Below are positions 1-8,429 of a DNA stretch of 40,444 bases, in pieces. How positions within the stretch are numbered: position 1 is the stretch's first letter; every line of letters begins with the position of its first letter. This DNA comes from a virus, in UHGV virus genome UHGV-1410056; one strand, given 5' to 3'. Position numbers and translations under genes: made by a program. The notes under the pieces are model-generated. The model was given only the letters and a program-made list of their open reading frames with translations, was not told where the DNA came from and did not search any database.

Positions 1-17
1 ATTGAGTGGGAATGATT
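1..17 (+). repeat. attL core direct repeat ATTGAGTGGGAATGATT
   Basis: Exact 17-nt copy of 40428-40444; flanked by inverted repeat GGAATGA (9-15) / TCATTCC (38-44), a possible integrase core-binding pair. Confidence 0.7.
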
Positions 18-61
18 AACAGCTAACTCATAGCAACTCATTCCTATTCAGATACTAATTT

Positions 62-94
62 AACCCTCTGTAAAAACAGAGGGTTTTTGTTTTT
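62..94 (+). terminator. Rho-independent terminator just inside attL
   Basis: Stem AACCCTCTG (62-70), loop TAAAAA, stem CAGAGGGTT (77-85), then TTTGTTTTT. Confidence 0.6.
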
Positions 95-150
95 ATGTAT
101 TCATTTCTATTCACTATACACCATATTTTTCGTCGGTACAGGTGACGGTA

Positions 151-165
151 TTACCTTAAAGGTAT
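151..165. promoter_or_regulatory. Operator-like palindrome TTACC-ttaaa-GGTAT upstream of int (one mismatch to TTACC-N5-GGTAA)
   Basis: Member of the dispersed TTACC-N5-GGTAA family; nested in a larger inverted repeat GACGGTA (144-150) / TACCGTC (173-179). Confidence 0.5.
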
Positions 166-207
166 ACTCTCATACCGTCATGAAAATGGTTTCTATACGG
201 GTGAATT

Positions 208-1458
208 GTGCTTACCGATACAAAATTAAAAAACCTCAAGCCGCAGGACAAACTGTACAAGGTCTCCGATCGTGACGGGCTGTATGTAGCTGTGCTTACG
301 TCAGGCACGGTCTCGTTTCGCTATGACTACCGTATCAACGGTCGCCGCGAAACACTGGTAATCGGGCAGTATGGGCGTGACGGTATCAGCCTGGCAGAAG
401 CGCGAGAAGAACTGATTGCTGCAAAGAAGCTGCTTAAAGCAGGCCAGTCACCGGCTGCGGCTAAACGTGACGGTATCAAAAAGATTCGTGGTGCCGAGAC
501 GTTTGCGGTACATACCGACAGTTATATGAAACACGTCATCCTGGCTGACAGTACCCGCGCAATGAAACAGGCGGTGATCGACCGTGACATACTTCCGGTT
601 CTTGGCAATAAAATGATGGCTGAAATTACCACATCGATGGTTCGTGATTTGTGTGACCGGATTGTCGAACGCGGTGGCCGGGCAACAGCAGTGCAGGCCA
701 GGGAGATCATCAGTAGCGTATACCGTCACGCCAATGACCGTGGTCATGGTTTGTTTAATCCTGCGGCTGACATTAAACCTTCGTCTATCGCCATATTTAA
801 ACCACGAGAGCGAACACTGACACCAGAAGAAATTGGCCTGTTCTTCCGCACGCTGGATGCCATTGGTGCTATGGGCACTATGAAAATGGCTTTAAAACTG
901 GTGCTTATCACTATGGTTCGTAAGGGCGAATTCACCAATGCAACGTGGGATGAAATAGATTTTAAAAAATGGACATGGACAATTCCTCCAGACCGCATGA
1001 AGGGAAGCCGGGCGCACGTTATTTACCTGCCTAAACAGGCACAGGATATATTGGTCGGGTTGCAGATGTGCGCTGGTGGAAGTGAATATCTGGTTCCTGG
1101 TCGTTACAATTTCCGGAAGCCATTATCTAATGCCGCGCTGAACTCTCTGATCGACAGAACGGTGAAAATAATAAATGAAGATGGTGAGCATATTCAGGAC
1201 TTCACTGTACATGATATGCGCCGTACAGCCAGTACGTTGTTGCATGAGGCTGGTTATCCTTCAGACTGGATTGAAAAGGCTCTGGCACATGAGCAGAAAG
1301 GTGTGCGCGCCGTATATAACAAAGCGGAATACGCCAGACAGCGCGCCTACATGTTGCAGCAGTGGGCCGATATGATTGATTCATGGATTGACGGGGAGCA
1401 TACGGATCTGATTCCGTTCTCCCCGTCGAAGTTTGAGAAGTGGATGGCGGGGGAATAA
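208..1458 (+). CDS. int: Tyrosine recombinase, P4-type phage integrase
   Basis: 416-aa ORF, GTG start at 208; N-terminus LTDTKLKNLKP and C-terminal catalytic region (HDMRRTASTLLHEAG ... VRAVYNK) typical of P4-family integrases; adjacent to attL. Confidence 0.9.
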   Translation: MLTDTKLKNLKPQDKLYKVSDRDGLYVAVLTSGTVSFRYDYRINGRRETLVIGQYGRDGISLAEAREELIAAKKLLKAGQSPAAAKRDGIKKIRGAETFAVHTDSYMKHVILADSTRAMKQAVIDRDILPVLGNKMMAEITTSMVRDLCDRIVERGGRATAVQAREIISSVYRHANDRGHGLFNPAADIKPSSIAIFKPRERTLTPEEIGLFFRTLDAIGAMGTMKMALKLVLITMVRKGEFTNATWDEIDFKKWTWTIPPDRMKGSRAHVIYLPKQAQDILVGLQMCAGGSEYLVPGRYNFRKPLSNAALNSLIDRTVKIINEDGEHIQDFTVHDMRRTASTLLHEAGYPSDWIEKALAHEQKGVRAVYNKAEYARQRAYMLQQWADMIDSWIDGEHTDLIPFSPSKFEKWMAGE

Positions 1459-1461
1459 CGT

Positions 1462-1656
1462 TTAATAGTTCTGCTGATTTTCTTCCATCTCTGCTTCTGC
1501 TGCCAGTGATTCAATTTTGTTTTCGAATATTGCTGACAGTGTTGCAAATTCAGCATCAGTGACAGCGGGAATTGGAACAAACCTGATCCCGCTGTGTGCA
1601 AGCATGTTTGCAGTTTCAAGGCATTTTCTTAAATCTGCTGGTGATGCCCTGTTCAT
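1462..1656 (-). CDS. Hypothetical small protein (64 aa), translationally coupled to the methyltransferase
   Basis: ATG at 1656-1654 overlaps the methyltransferase stop (ATGA overlap); ends ...AEAEMEENQQNY; longer track ORF 1462..1776 overlaps the methylase in another frame. Confidence 0.5.
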   Translation of the reverse strand: MNRASPADLRKCLETANMLAHSGIRFVPIPAVTDAEFATLSAIFENKIESLAAEAEMEENQQNY

Positions 1657-2303
1657 GCAGCACGCTCCCGCCCCTGGATGTCTGTTGGTGACAGCGGAGC
1701 ATTGCTGAATGCATTTGTTAATCCGCCAATATCCAACGCGTATCCAGGGTGTAGTTGCACTGCCGGGTCTTCGCACTGATTACCCCAAACATCAAAGCCA
1801 TGAGACGTCTGGCGGGCGAACAGTTCAATGCGAGAAACATCGCCTAATAATTGCACAAGTTTTTCACGAACGATATCTGGCTTTCTTGAATGCTCAAGCC
1901 GCGGTGCGGTAAATGACTGAACGATCCCTGCATTAATGCGCGTAGGTAGTTTTCCCTTTACCGCAAACAGGCAATCTTCACTATTGGCGCGAGTCATGTG
2001 TCCCATACCCATAACCAGTTTATCTGGTTGTCGACTACCACATTTTATCCACGTGAAGCCCTTCATCGTCATCAGACGGAATCCCCAGGCTTCAACAACT
2101 TTTAGTGCTTCGAGTGGTTGTGTTGGCACCCACCACATGGCCAACAGACAGTTTTCATCGGCCAAATCCCACACAGGAAGGCGGCAGATATCCAGCACAC
2201 TCATAACCGGATATTTAAAACCGGCACCGCGATTACCATCTGCGGCTTTGTCCCGGTATACCCAGGGTGGATCTGCATAGATTAGTGTGTATTTCTTAGT
2301 CAT
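1653..2303 (-). CDS. DNA N6-adenine methyltransferase, MT-A70 family
   Basis: Catalytic DPPW motif in IYADPPWVY near the N-terminus; first ATG at 2303 (track ORF begins at GTG 2315). Confidence 0.8.
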   Translation of the reverse strand: MTKKYTLIYADPPWVYRDKAADGNRGAGFKYPVMSVLDICRLPVWDLADENCLLAMWWVPTQPLEALKVVEAWGFRLMTMKGFTWIKCGSRQPDKLVMGMGHMTRANSEDCLFAVKGKLPTRINAGIVQSFTAPRLEHSRKPDIVREKLVQLLGDVSRIELFARQTSHGFDVWGNQCEDPAVQLHPGYALDIGGLTNAFSNAPLSPTDIQGRERAA

Positions 2304-2547
2304 AAACCACCCCACAACATCCTATGCCGCTATAGTCGCCACGGCGAAGGCCGTTACCTTTTGTGATACATTGGTCCCTGCGAACCGCGATCCTTGCACG
2401 TTCAACATCACCAGAAGCAACATCCATACACTGAAGCCAAAGGTGAGCGGCAATGCGGAATTGCCCTTTTTTCTCTCTTTCAATCGCGCGTTTTTCGATC
2501 TCTATCGCCGCAGGAGTAACGGCGACAATCTTTGACGGACTGCGCAT
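2296..2547 (-). CDS. Hypothetical protein (about 83 aa)
   Basis: ORF in track (2296..2595); start chosen at ATG 2547 (MRSPSK...) with AAGG 8 nt upstream; 8-nt overlap with methylase start. Confidence 0.4.
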   Translation of the reverse strand: MRSPSKIVAVTPAAIEIEKRAIEREKKGQFRIAAHLWLQCMDVASGDVERARIAVRRDQCITKGNGLRRGDYSGIGCCGVVYD

Positions 2548-2704
2548 TGAAACCTTATTCATGTGATATTTTTCAAGTCGGCTTAACTTTCTCACTTAAT
2601 CCAACCCTCTCTGAAAATTAATGCCAGCAGATAAAGCCATGCTGAAACAGAGGCCAGGAATAAGTACCATCCTGACCATTTGCTCCAGTGCCTTAGCAGC
2701 GCAC

Positions 2705-2953
2705 TCATGCAGCGTTGCTCACGGGACGATATACACGTTGCTGAACAGGAGGCTTTTTACCCTGGAACTCTGCCGGGCTTGCTGCCTGACGTTCATCAAG
2801 CCAACGCTCAACTTCATCACGGTTCCATGCGCAGCGTTTATCGGTGATATACCAGCGTTTAGGAAATTCCCCTGCGCGCTCCATACGGTCGATAGTGCTC
2901 CATGACAGTGGCACCACCGCCAGGAGTTCTTTCTTACCTAATGCACCTTTCAT
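2705..2953 (-). CDS. AlpA-family DNA-binding protein (excisionase-like regulator)
   Basis: 82 aa; winged-helix-like core LSWSTIDRMERAGEFPKRWYITDKRCAWNRDEVERWL resembles AlpA/Xis family; SD AGAGAGG upstream. Confidence 0.6.
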   Translation of the reverse strand: MKGALGKKELLAVVPLSWSTIDRMERAGEFPKRWYITDKRCAWNRDEVERWLDERQAASPAEFQGKKPPVQQRVYRPVSNAA

Positions 2954-3002
2954 GAATACCTCTCTTGGTTGCAGTGCGGCGCACGTGGCGCCGCGGTGGT
3001 GG

Positions 3003-4025
3003 TTACTCGAATTCTGGACGCATATCGTTAAGCGTCATCATGAATTTTTGGTGATATTCATCACCGAGCTTTTCAGCCATGGTGTTAATTTCATTTTCAG
3101 CGCGCTTGAACATCGTTTTTGCATCTTCAGCAGATGGATCCAGGCTATTAAGTATCGCGATGATATATTCTCGAGCTTCTTCTCGTTCTGAATCTGAAAT
3201 TGGCGACAGGTGTTGACGCTCATCGTCAACTACGGAATATTCACCAGTGATAACAGCTGCGTTATCTTGGCTAAGTCCAGCTTCAGCGCGCTCATCCATA
3301 ACAACAGCCTTCTGCATTTCAATAGAAACAGGAAGATATTTGAACAGTCGGCGAATTACTGTTTTTTTAGCCATCTCATCGAAGTGATCAACCCATGGGC
3401 CACTGCTACCGGCTTTGCTCAGTGCACGAACTTTCTCAACGTCTGCCCGGCTCATAACTTCAAATTGGACTCCGCCATCTTTCAGTCGTGCAACGGCGTA
3501 AACGTGCGTTAATTCTCCGCGGTCACCTGTTTCGCAAGGTAAATGCTCGAGCGTTTCTTCCAGGCCGTATGAGTAGCTGAATTTGTCGTTTGTATGTACG
3601 GTACGAGCCGAGATACTCAGGATCTGCCCAGAGCGGCGGGCAAGGTCAATCATTCCGCGATAGCCGATAATCAGCTGTGCTTCTGTAGATACGGTTTCCC
3701 ATCTTCCATTTACTTTCTGGCGTTTGTCGAACGGTATCAGGTAAGCGTGTCCAAGAGCTCCGCCTGGTTCAAGACCCAATTGGGCACATTGCATAATTGC
3801 CCCCAGGAAGCTGGCTTGGTCGCATGATGCAAGTTTTGGAACCTTTCTGATCTCTGTGGTTGCTATGCGCGCCAGACGGTCTGCTGTCATGTGCTTTGGA
3901 AGTGCCAAAGCCATCTGAGCTTTAATTTTTGGGTCTGCCAGAAGTCCGGCCAGAGTTGTTGGTTTCTCATTATGATGTGCAACTTGGTTACCGGTAGCCG
4001 CTGCCTTAAGTGCATTGATAGACAT
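3003..4025 (-). CDS. recT: RecT-family single-strand annealing recombinase
   Basis: 340 aa; RecT-like core (ISARTVHTNDKFSYSYG ... HVYAVARLKDGGVQFEVMS); AAGGAG SD; immediately downstream of the YqaJ exonuclease gene. Confidence 0.8.
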   Translation of the reverse strand: MSINALKAAATGNQVAHHNEKPTTLAGLLADPKIKAQMALALPKHMTADRLARIATTEIRKVPKLASCDQASFLGAIMQCAQLGLEPGGALGHAYLIPFDKRQKVNGRWETVSTEAQLIIGYRGMIDLARRSGQILSISARTVHTNDKFSYSYGLEETLEHLPCETGDRGELTHVYAVARLKDGGVQFEVMSRADVEKVRALSKAGSSGPWVDHFDEMAKKTVIRRLFKYLPVSIEMQKAVVMDERAEAGLSQDNAAVITGEYSVVDDERQHLSPISDSEREEAREYIIAILNSLDPSAEDAKTMFKRAENEINTMAEKLGDEYHQKFMMTLNDMRPEFE

Positions 4026-4034
4026 TTTTTCTCC

Positions 4035-4934
4035 TTACTTCATTCTGAAGACGCGTTGTGTCGTTGTTGTTTTGAATTTTTCGAATAACTCAGGGTGTAC
4101 TGACTGGAATAGCTTCTGGTCGAATCTGTTGCTGATCTGAGATTTCCATGTGCAGAGCGGCTTTCCGTCCAGGGTCAGGACTGAGTGCTCTTGCATGTAC
4201 ATCTTCAGCTTCTCTTCTGATATAGCTATTTCTTCTTCCAGTGATTTTCTGCGTGATTTCATGTCTCGTAGATCGTTGAATAGTGCGAGTGCCTTTCCGT
4301 CAGCCTCGATACTTGTCCCGGCATCTTTCTCAAACATCAGCGATACATCGCTTACGCTGGTAGCTTCCGGCGGGTTAAGATTTTTCACTCGGTCCCAGAA
4401 AGCGATTTCTTTTTCTAAGATCGCCTGGATAGTTTCTTCATCACGCTCAACCCGATAGATTCGGAAGTCGTCGCCACCGATAAGCACACCGAAAACGCAT
4501 ACCTGTTTGTTTGTAACCATCAACCCGTGCATGGCCTGGGCCGTGTAATGCACAGGAATTGCATCTGTCTGGATTTCTCCCCATTCTTTGGCTTTGAACG
4601 GACTAACTGTTTTGATCTCAATGTTCTCGCCTGACGCTGCTTCTGCATCGATCTCAGCTGCAATAAAATCGTAATCACGGTGGATATAGCGGTTTCCGCG
4701 ATGAACGATTTCCATCCCTGTTTCCTCAGAAAGCAGGTCTATTACGTATGGCTCCATACGCTGGCCACGCGTGAAAACTTTCTGCTTGCTTGGGTCTACT
4801 GGTTTGACACGTGGCTGGACCTTATCCAGATAAACCTCAAGCGGGGTGCGCCATGGGCTAATTCCAAGAATCCCTGCAACATCGCTTCCTCCGATGTATT
4901 TTGTTCTATCCATGATTCCAGCGTTCCGCATCAT
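4035..4934 (-). CDS. YqaJ-type phage exonuclease (RecE/lambda-Exo-like partner of RecT)
   Basis: 299 aa; N-terminal GGSDVAGILGISPWRTP signature of YqaJ viral recombinase nucleases; ATGA overlap with upstream gene. Confidence 0.75.
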   Translation of the reverse strand: MMRNAGIMDRTKYIGGSDVAGILGISPWRTPLEVYLDKVQPRVKPVDPSKQKVFTRGQRMEPYVIDLLSEETGMEIVHRGNRYIHRDYDFIAAEIDAEAASGENIEIKTVSPFKAKEWGEIQTDAIPVHYTAQAMHGLMVTNKQVCVFGVLIGGDDFRIYRVERDEETIQAILEKEIAFWDRVKNLNPPEATSVSDVSLMFEKDAGTSIEADGKALALFNDLRDMKSRRKSLEEEIAISEEKLKMYMQEHSVLTLDGKPLCTWKSQISNRFDQKLFQSVHPELFEKFKTTTTQRVFRMK

Positions 4935-5230
4935 GCCGCGTCCCTCTGCCCATCAAGCTGATCCGCCAGATCCCAGCGCGCTATAATTGCCATTGCCTCG
5001 CGCCGGTAGGCATCCATCAGTTCTTCGAACTCAGGGCTGTCTTTAGCAGCCTCCAGCACTTCCTGACGAACGCCTTTGCCTGTTACAACGTCGAAAGTTG
5101 AGGACAGTTGATGAAGTCGGATGCTCTCAATCAGTTCAACTTGTCGGTCATATAGCTGTTCTGACAGGCGGTAGTCCTTGTCGAATGCCAGCATGATTTT
5201 TTGAAGATTTTTCTGCTGATTAACGTTCAT
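4931..5230 (-). CDS. Hypothetical protein (99 aa) of the leftward early operon
   Basis: ORF in track; start taken at ATG 5230 (MNVNQQ...) preceded by GGGAGGG. Confidence 0.5.
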   Translation of the reverse strand: MNVNQQKNLQKIMLAFDKDYRLSEQLYDRQVELIESIRLHQLSSTFDVVTGKGVRQEVLEAAKDSPEFEELMDAYRREAMAIIARWDLADQLDGQRDAA

Positions 5231-5232
5231 TA

Positions 5233-5385
5233 TCAGCCCTCCCATATCTCGTTATCGTTGGCTACATCGCGAGCTTCTTTGCTGACGAAAGCCCACTTAA
5301 TGCCTTCCTGTAAGGTGCGGAACTTCCAGCTCATGAATCCGCATGCAGTAACGCAGTACCAACCGTTGATGATTTTCCACTGCAT
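5233..5385 (-). CDS. Small hypothetical protein (50 aa, MQWKIINGWYCVTACGFMSWKFRTLQEGIKWAFVSKEARDVANDNEIWEG), first gene downstream of the putative PL promoter
   Basis: Not in the ORF track (<60 aa); ATG at 5385 with GAGG 9 nt upstream; ends 3 nt before the next gene start. Confidence 0.45.
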   Translation of the reverse strand: MQWKIINGWYCVTACGFMSWKFRTLQEGIKWAFVSKEARDVANDNEIWEG

Positions 5386-5404
5386 AACTTGTTACCTCGG
5401 TCTG

Positions 5405-5482
5405 TTACCGTTGGGGTAATAATTATGCTTATTTGGTTTGGTGTCAATAGATATGAGTTAAAAAAAATTACCCGTAAGGTAA
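5405..5482. promoter_or_regulatory. Putative OL/PL region: two perfect TTACC-N5-GGTAA palindromes (5405-5419, 5468-5482) flanking a leftward promoter
   Basis: Reverse-strand TTGACA (plus 5442-5447) then about 17 bp to an AT-rich -10; one operator overlaps the start region, one lies about 60 bp upstream. Confidence 0.6.
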
Positions 5483-5495
5483 TCTATCTGGCAAT

Positions 5496-5518
5496 AAAAA
5501 AGCCGCCATGAGGCGGCT
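5496..5518 (-). terminator. Rho-independent terminator downstream of the repressor gene
   Basis: Stem AGCCGCC (5501-5507) / GGCGGCT (5512-5518) with A-tract 5496-5500 on plus (T-tract on the transcribed minus strand). Confidence 0.65.
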
Positions 5519-5539
5519 TACTTACTGAAAACTATAGTT

Positions 5540-6124
5540 TTATTGTTTGCTTTTTTCGTTCTGGTTGATGACAAATTCAATGTAACTTTCGATCTTTGCT
5601 TTCTCGGTTTCGGGTAACAATGCGTAGCGTGAGCGGTCATAGTTGATAGTCGCAGGGTCGTGCGGGTGAATCAGTAGTTCATATCCGTGACGCCCGAATG
5701 CGGATGCAACATTCTCCAGGGTGGAAATGGAAACGCTGACCTCATTGTTTAACAGGCGGCTGATTGTCACCTGGGCGACGCCGGATGCGCGGTGAAGTTT
5801 TCCCTGTGTTGAAAGGTCGCGGCTTTCGCTCATCCAGCGTTCCAGGTTGTGAGCCGCCAGCTGACCTATATCGCTCGGGCCGACAGGCTGAAAACCCTCC
5901 TGAGAAAGCGAACGATCAATATCAAGCCAGTTACGGGGTTTATTGGCGGCAGCTTCAATTTTTCGTGCAACCTGGTCGCCGATAACCTTCTTGCCAAGAG
6001 CCCAGCGGTTTACCAGATTTGCCTGAGTTCCAAGTTTTTCTGCCATCCGCGTCTGAACACCATTGAATTCACGGTCGATCAAGTCGTTGAGATTTTGCCT
6101 GCGGACGTCCTGGATACTTTTCAT
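5540..6124 (-). CDS. CI-like phage repressor with two HTH (XRE-type) domains and no S24 peptidase domain
   Basis: 194 aa; two HTH-like segments (TRMAEKLGTQANLVNRW... and ASGVAQVTISRLLNNE...); no Ser/Lys autocleavage module; divergent from Cro-like gene; no SD before ATG (possibly leaderless). Confidence 0.7.
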   Translation of the reverse strand: MKSIQDVRRQNLNDLIDREFNGVQTRMAEKLGTQANLVNRWALGKKVIGDQVARKIEAAANKPRNWLDIDRSLSQEGFQPVGPSDIGQLAAHNLERWMSESRDLSTQGKLHRASGVAQVTISRLLNNEVSVSISTLENVASAFGRHGYELLIHPHDPATINYDRSRYALLPETEKAKIESYIEFVINQNEKSKQ

Positions 6125-6179
6125 TTTCTGGAAAATCGCCTCATATATGAATCAGTAGATGATTCAATTTAAAGCAATA

Positions 6180-6242
6180 TTACCCAACAGGTAAATGCAC
6201 CTCATAGGTAACTATCCTTGATTTTTGTTACCTTATGGGTGA
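6180..6242. promoter_or_regulatory. Putative OR region: three adjacent operators (6180-6194 perfect; 6197-6211 GCACC variant; 6228-6242 GGTGA variant)
   Basis: Lies between divergent repressor and cro-like genes; candidate rightward promoter TTGTTA-17-TATTAT overlaps the third site. Confidence 0.6.
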
Positions 6243-6278
6243 ATATTTATTATCTGAAATAAATATCAGGCAATAGCT

Positions 6279-6509
6279 ATGAGCGATAACGGACATTTCG
6301 ATTTCAAAAAGCACTGGCTTGCACTTACTCCGGATGAGCGTGAAGCCTTCGCACAGGAAGCCGGAACGACGAGTCACTATATCCAGACTCACTTAACAGG
6401 CAAGCGCAAAATGCCAGGTAAAGTATTGATGAATGGGCTTTTTAAAGCCTGTAAAACAAGACAATGGCTGCGCTCAAAAGCAGAACTGGCATACTTCTTC
6501 TACTCATGA
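6279..6509 (+). CDS. Cro/YdaS-like small HTH regulator
   Basis: 76 aa; divergent from repressor; HTH-like segment DEREAFAQEAGTTSHYIQTHLTGKRKMP. Confidence 0.55.
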   Translation: MSDNGHFDFKKHWLALTPDEREAFAQEAGTTSHYIQTHLTGKRKMPGKVLMNGLFKACKTRQWLRSKAELAYFFYS

Positions 6510-6530
6510 TATCCAGCCACAACCCTCTGT

Positions 6531-6556
6531 AGACCGCCATCCGGCGGTCTTTTCAT
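6531..6556 (+). terminator. Terminator-like hairpin after the cro-like gene
   Basis: Stem AGACCGCC (6531-6538) / GGCGGTCT (6543-6550) followed by TTTCAT; followed by a GCACC-N5-GGTAA variant operator at 6565-6579. Confidence 0.5.
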
Positions 6557-6657
6557 ATCTATTCGCACCTTAAGGGTAATAAAAAACCAAATCTGGTTGA
6601 TCAAATTTTCCAATTGTGCAAAATAGCCAATATCAATAACAAAAAGGGGCGGAAAAA

Positions 6658-6870
6658 TTGAAGATAGTAACCAGAATGGAGGCCGCAAAAGCCGGGTTAA
6701 ATCGCTATTTCACAGGAAAGCGGTGCCGTCACGGCCATCTCTCTGAAAGGTATGTTCTGAACGGAACATGTGTTGAATGTGCAATGAATAGCGCCAACCG
6801 CCATCGTAATGAATTTGCTTGTGCACTAAAGAGTGCAAGAGGGGAAACCTATGGCAAGCAGCTGGATTAA
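6658..6870 (+). CDS. Hypothetical small Cys/His-rich protein at the cII position
   Basis: 70 aa, TTG start with AGGGGCGG upstream; Cys/His cluster (CRHGH ... CVEC) suggests zinc binding; sits between cro-like and O-like genes. Confidence 0.4.
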   Translation: MKIVTRMEAAKAGLNRYFTGKRCRHGHLSERYVLNGTCVECAMNSANRHRNEFACALKSARGETYGKQLD

Positions 6871-7681
6871 GGTTGAAGTTATCACTCCTGATAAACCTGA
6901 AATTTTTCAGATAGCAGAAATTCTGGGTATTGATCCAGATGCTGTTCTTGGAAAGCTGGTTCGTATATGGGCATGGGCTGACCAGCAAACAATAGACGGT
7001 AACGCTGGCAGCGTTACAAAAGGAGTACTTGATAGACTCGCTTTTATTACAGGATTTGCTGACGCCCTCATTAGCGTCGGATGGCTTGCTTATCATGACG
7101 GCAAACTAATTCTTCCAAACTTTGAGCGACATAATGGAGAATCATCGAAAAAACGTGCACTTACGAATAGAAGAGTGGCAGAGCATAGAAAACGAGTAAC
7201 GCAAAAAGTAACGCCAACAGCGTTACAAAAGGAGTTACCAGAGGAAGAGGAAGAGGAAGATATATATAAAACCCCACACATAGCGCACGTGCGCGAGGGT
7301 GCTCCGACCAGTGAAGCGAACAGTACGCCGTTGCAGGTGGCAGAACCTGAATTTCTGGATGGCCTGAGTGAACCCATCGGGAAATTTCCGATGACAGATG
7401 GCTGGCTACCGTCGCCAGATTTTCGGCGGCGTGCTGCGCTGTGGGGAACGGCCCTGCCGGAACCGGAATTTACACCTGCTGAACTTGCTGCATTCCGGGA
7501 TTACTGGATGGCTGAGGGCAAAGTGTTCACGCAGGTTCAGTGGGAACAAAAATTCGCCAGGCACGTAAATCATATCAGGGGAAAATCAAAAAATGCCGGG
7601 AAAAGCGATGAGCTTGACTGGAATAACACTGACTGGATAGAAGGGGTGTGGGATGAAATCAACTCCAGAACTTCTCAATGA
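6851..7681 (+). CDS. Replication initiator / replisome organiser (O-like), with DnaT-like C-terminal region
   Basis: Start ATG 6851 with GAGGGG SD; acidic EEEEEED linker; immediately upstream of the lambda-P-like gene; contains iteron-like DNA repeats. Confidence 0.55.
   Translation: MASSWIKVEVITPDKPEIFQIAEILGIDPDAVLGKLVRIWAWADQQTIDGNAGSVTKGVLDRLAFITGFADALISVGWLAYHDGKLILPNFERHNGESSKKRALTNRRVAEHRKRVTQKVTPTALQKELPEEEEEEDIYKTPHIAHVREGAPTSEANSTPLQVAEPEFLDGLSEPIGKFPMTDGWLPSPDFRRRAALWGTALPEPEFTPAELAAFRDYWMAEGKVFTQVQWEQKFARHVNHIRGKSKNAGKSDELDWNNTDWIEGVWDEINSRTSQ
6999..7235. repeat. Iteron-like repeats inside the O-like gene: GTAACGC heptamers (6999, 7196, 7208) and inverted GCGTTAC (7011, 7220), plus 18-bp direct repeat CAGCGTTACAAAAGGAGT (7009-7026 and 7218-7235)
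   Basis: The 18-bp repeat is read in different frames in its two copies, so it is a DNA-level element rather than a protein repeat; candidate origin. Confidence 0.5.
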
Positions 7682-8429
7682 GTACGATCGCTTACGTGAG
7701 CATGGTGTTGCTGTGCATGAAGAGCGGCGTGACAGCAATGGCAAAAAGGAGCAGGTTGCTAGAATTTTCAATGAACTATTTGTCCAGTTACAGGCTGCAT
7801 TTCCTGCAAGCGTTTCGACCATAAGGGAGCAGAACAAACTTAATGAATTCCGTAAGCAATGGATGCTTGCGTTTCTGGAGAATGGGATCACTACAATGGA
7901 ACAGGTTAACGCTGGTATGCGCCACGCCCGCGCCAGTGAATCTCCGTTCTGGCCGTCGCCAGGGCAATTCATCAAGTGGTGCAAAGACAGCAAGATGGTT
8001 CTTGGCGTCACCATTGACGATGTGATGGCGGAGTTTCACCGGTACAGCAAGGAAAAAAGTTTATATCCTGGTGGTCCCGAAAGATTCCCGTGGCGGCATC
8101 CGGTTATGTACTGGGTCGTATGTGATACCCGTCGTGCAATGTATCAGCGCCAGCTTAGCGAGAGTGAGGTTGAGAAACACGCGCGCAGGCTGCTCGATGA
8201 TTGGGCGAAAAAGGTGGCTTCCGGACAGCAGATACCCGATCCGGTGATCAGCATACAGGCAAAGCCAGAGCCCATGAGTACACCTCCGGACACAGGGAGA
8301 GACGTTTACCATCCACCAGGGCGAAGTTTCGGGTGCATGCCTAACGCCGCCACCCTTGGGGGAATAACACCGGCGCAGTGGCTGATGGAGGAATACAGGC
8401 GGGGAAAGGCGGCAGGATTTATCAAGTAA
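7653..8429 (+). CDS. Replication protein P-like DnaB helicase loader
   Basis: 258 aa; long segment FPASVSTIREQNKLNEFRKQWMLAFLENGITTMEQVNAGMRHARASESPFWPSPGQFIKWCKD closely matches the lambda P family. Confidence 0.8.
   Translation: MKSTPELLNEYDRLREHGVAVHEERRDSNGKKEQVARIFNELFVQLQAAFPASVSTIREQNKLNEFRKQWMLAFLENGITTMEQVNAGMRHARASESPFWPSPGQFIKWCKDSKMVLGVTIDDVMAEFHRYSKEKSLYPGGPERFPWRHPVMYWVVCDTRRAMYQRQLSESEVEKHARRLLDDWAKKVASGQQIPDPVISIQAKPEPMSTPPDTGRDVYHPPGRSFGCMPNAATLGGITPAQWLMEEYRRGKAAGFIK

Noticed and set aside
87-275. 62-aa plus-strand ORF overlapping the int promoter and start
   Set aside because: No SD, overlaps the terminator, operator and int start; composition looks non-coding
448-998. 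Three minus-strand ORFs (448..747, 522..710, 744..998) antisense to the integrase gene
   Set aside because: Entirely inside a well-supported integrase ORF on the opposite strand; no independent start signals
2954-3002. GC-rich hairpin GCGGCGC-ACGTG-GCGCCGC between recT and the excisionase-like gene as a terminator
   Set aside because: No T-tract in either direction and it lies within an operon; more likely an mRNA structural element, not called
7240-7260. GAAGAG x3 nucleotide repeat (also the CAG/CAA run near 17375-17400)
   Set aside because: Protein-level low complexity (poly-Glu linker in the O-like protein, poly-Gln tail in portal), not DNA-level regulatory repeats
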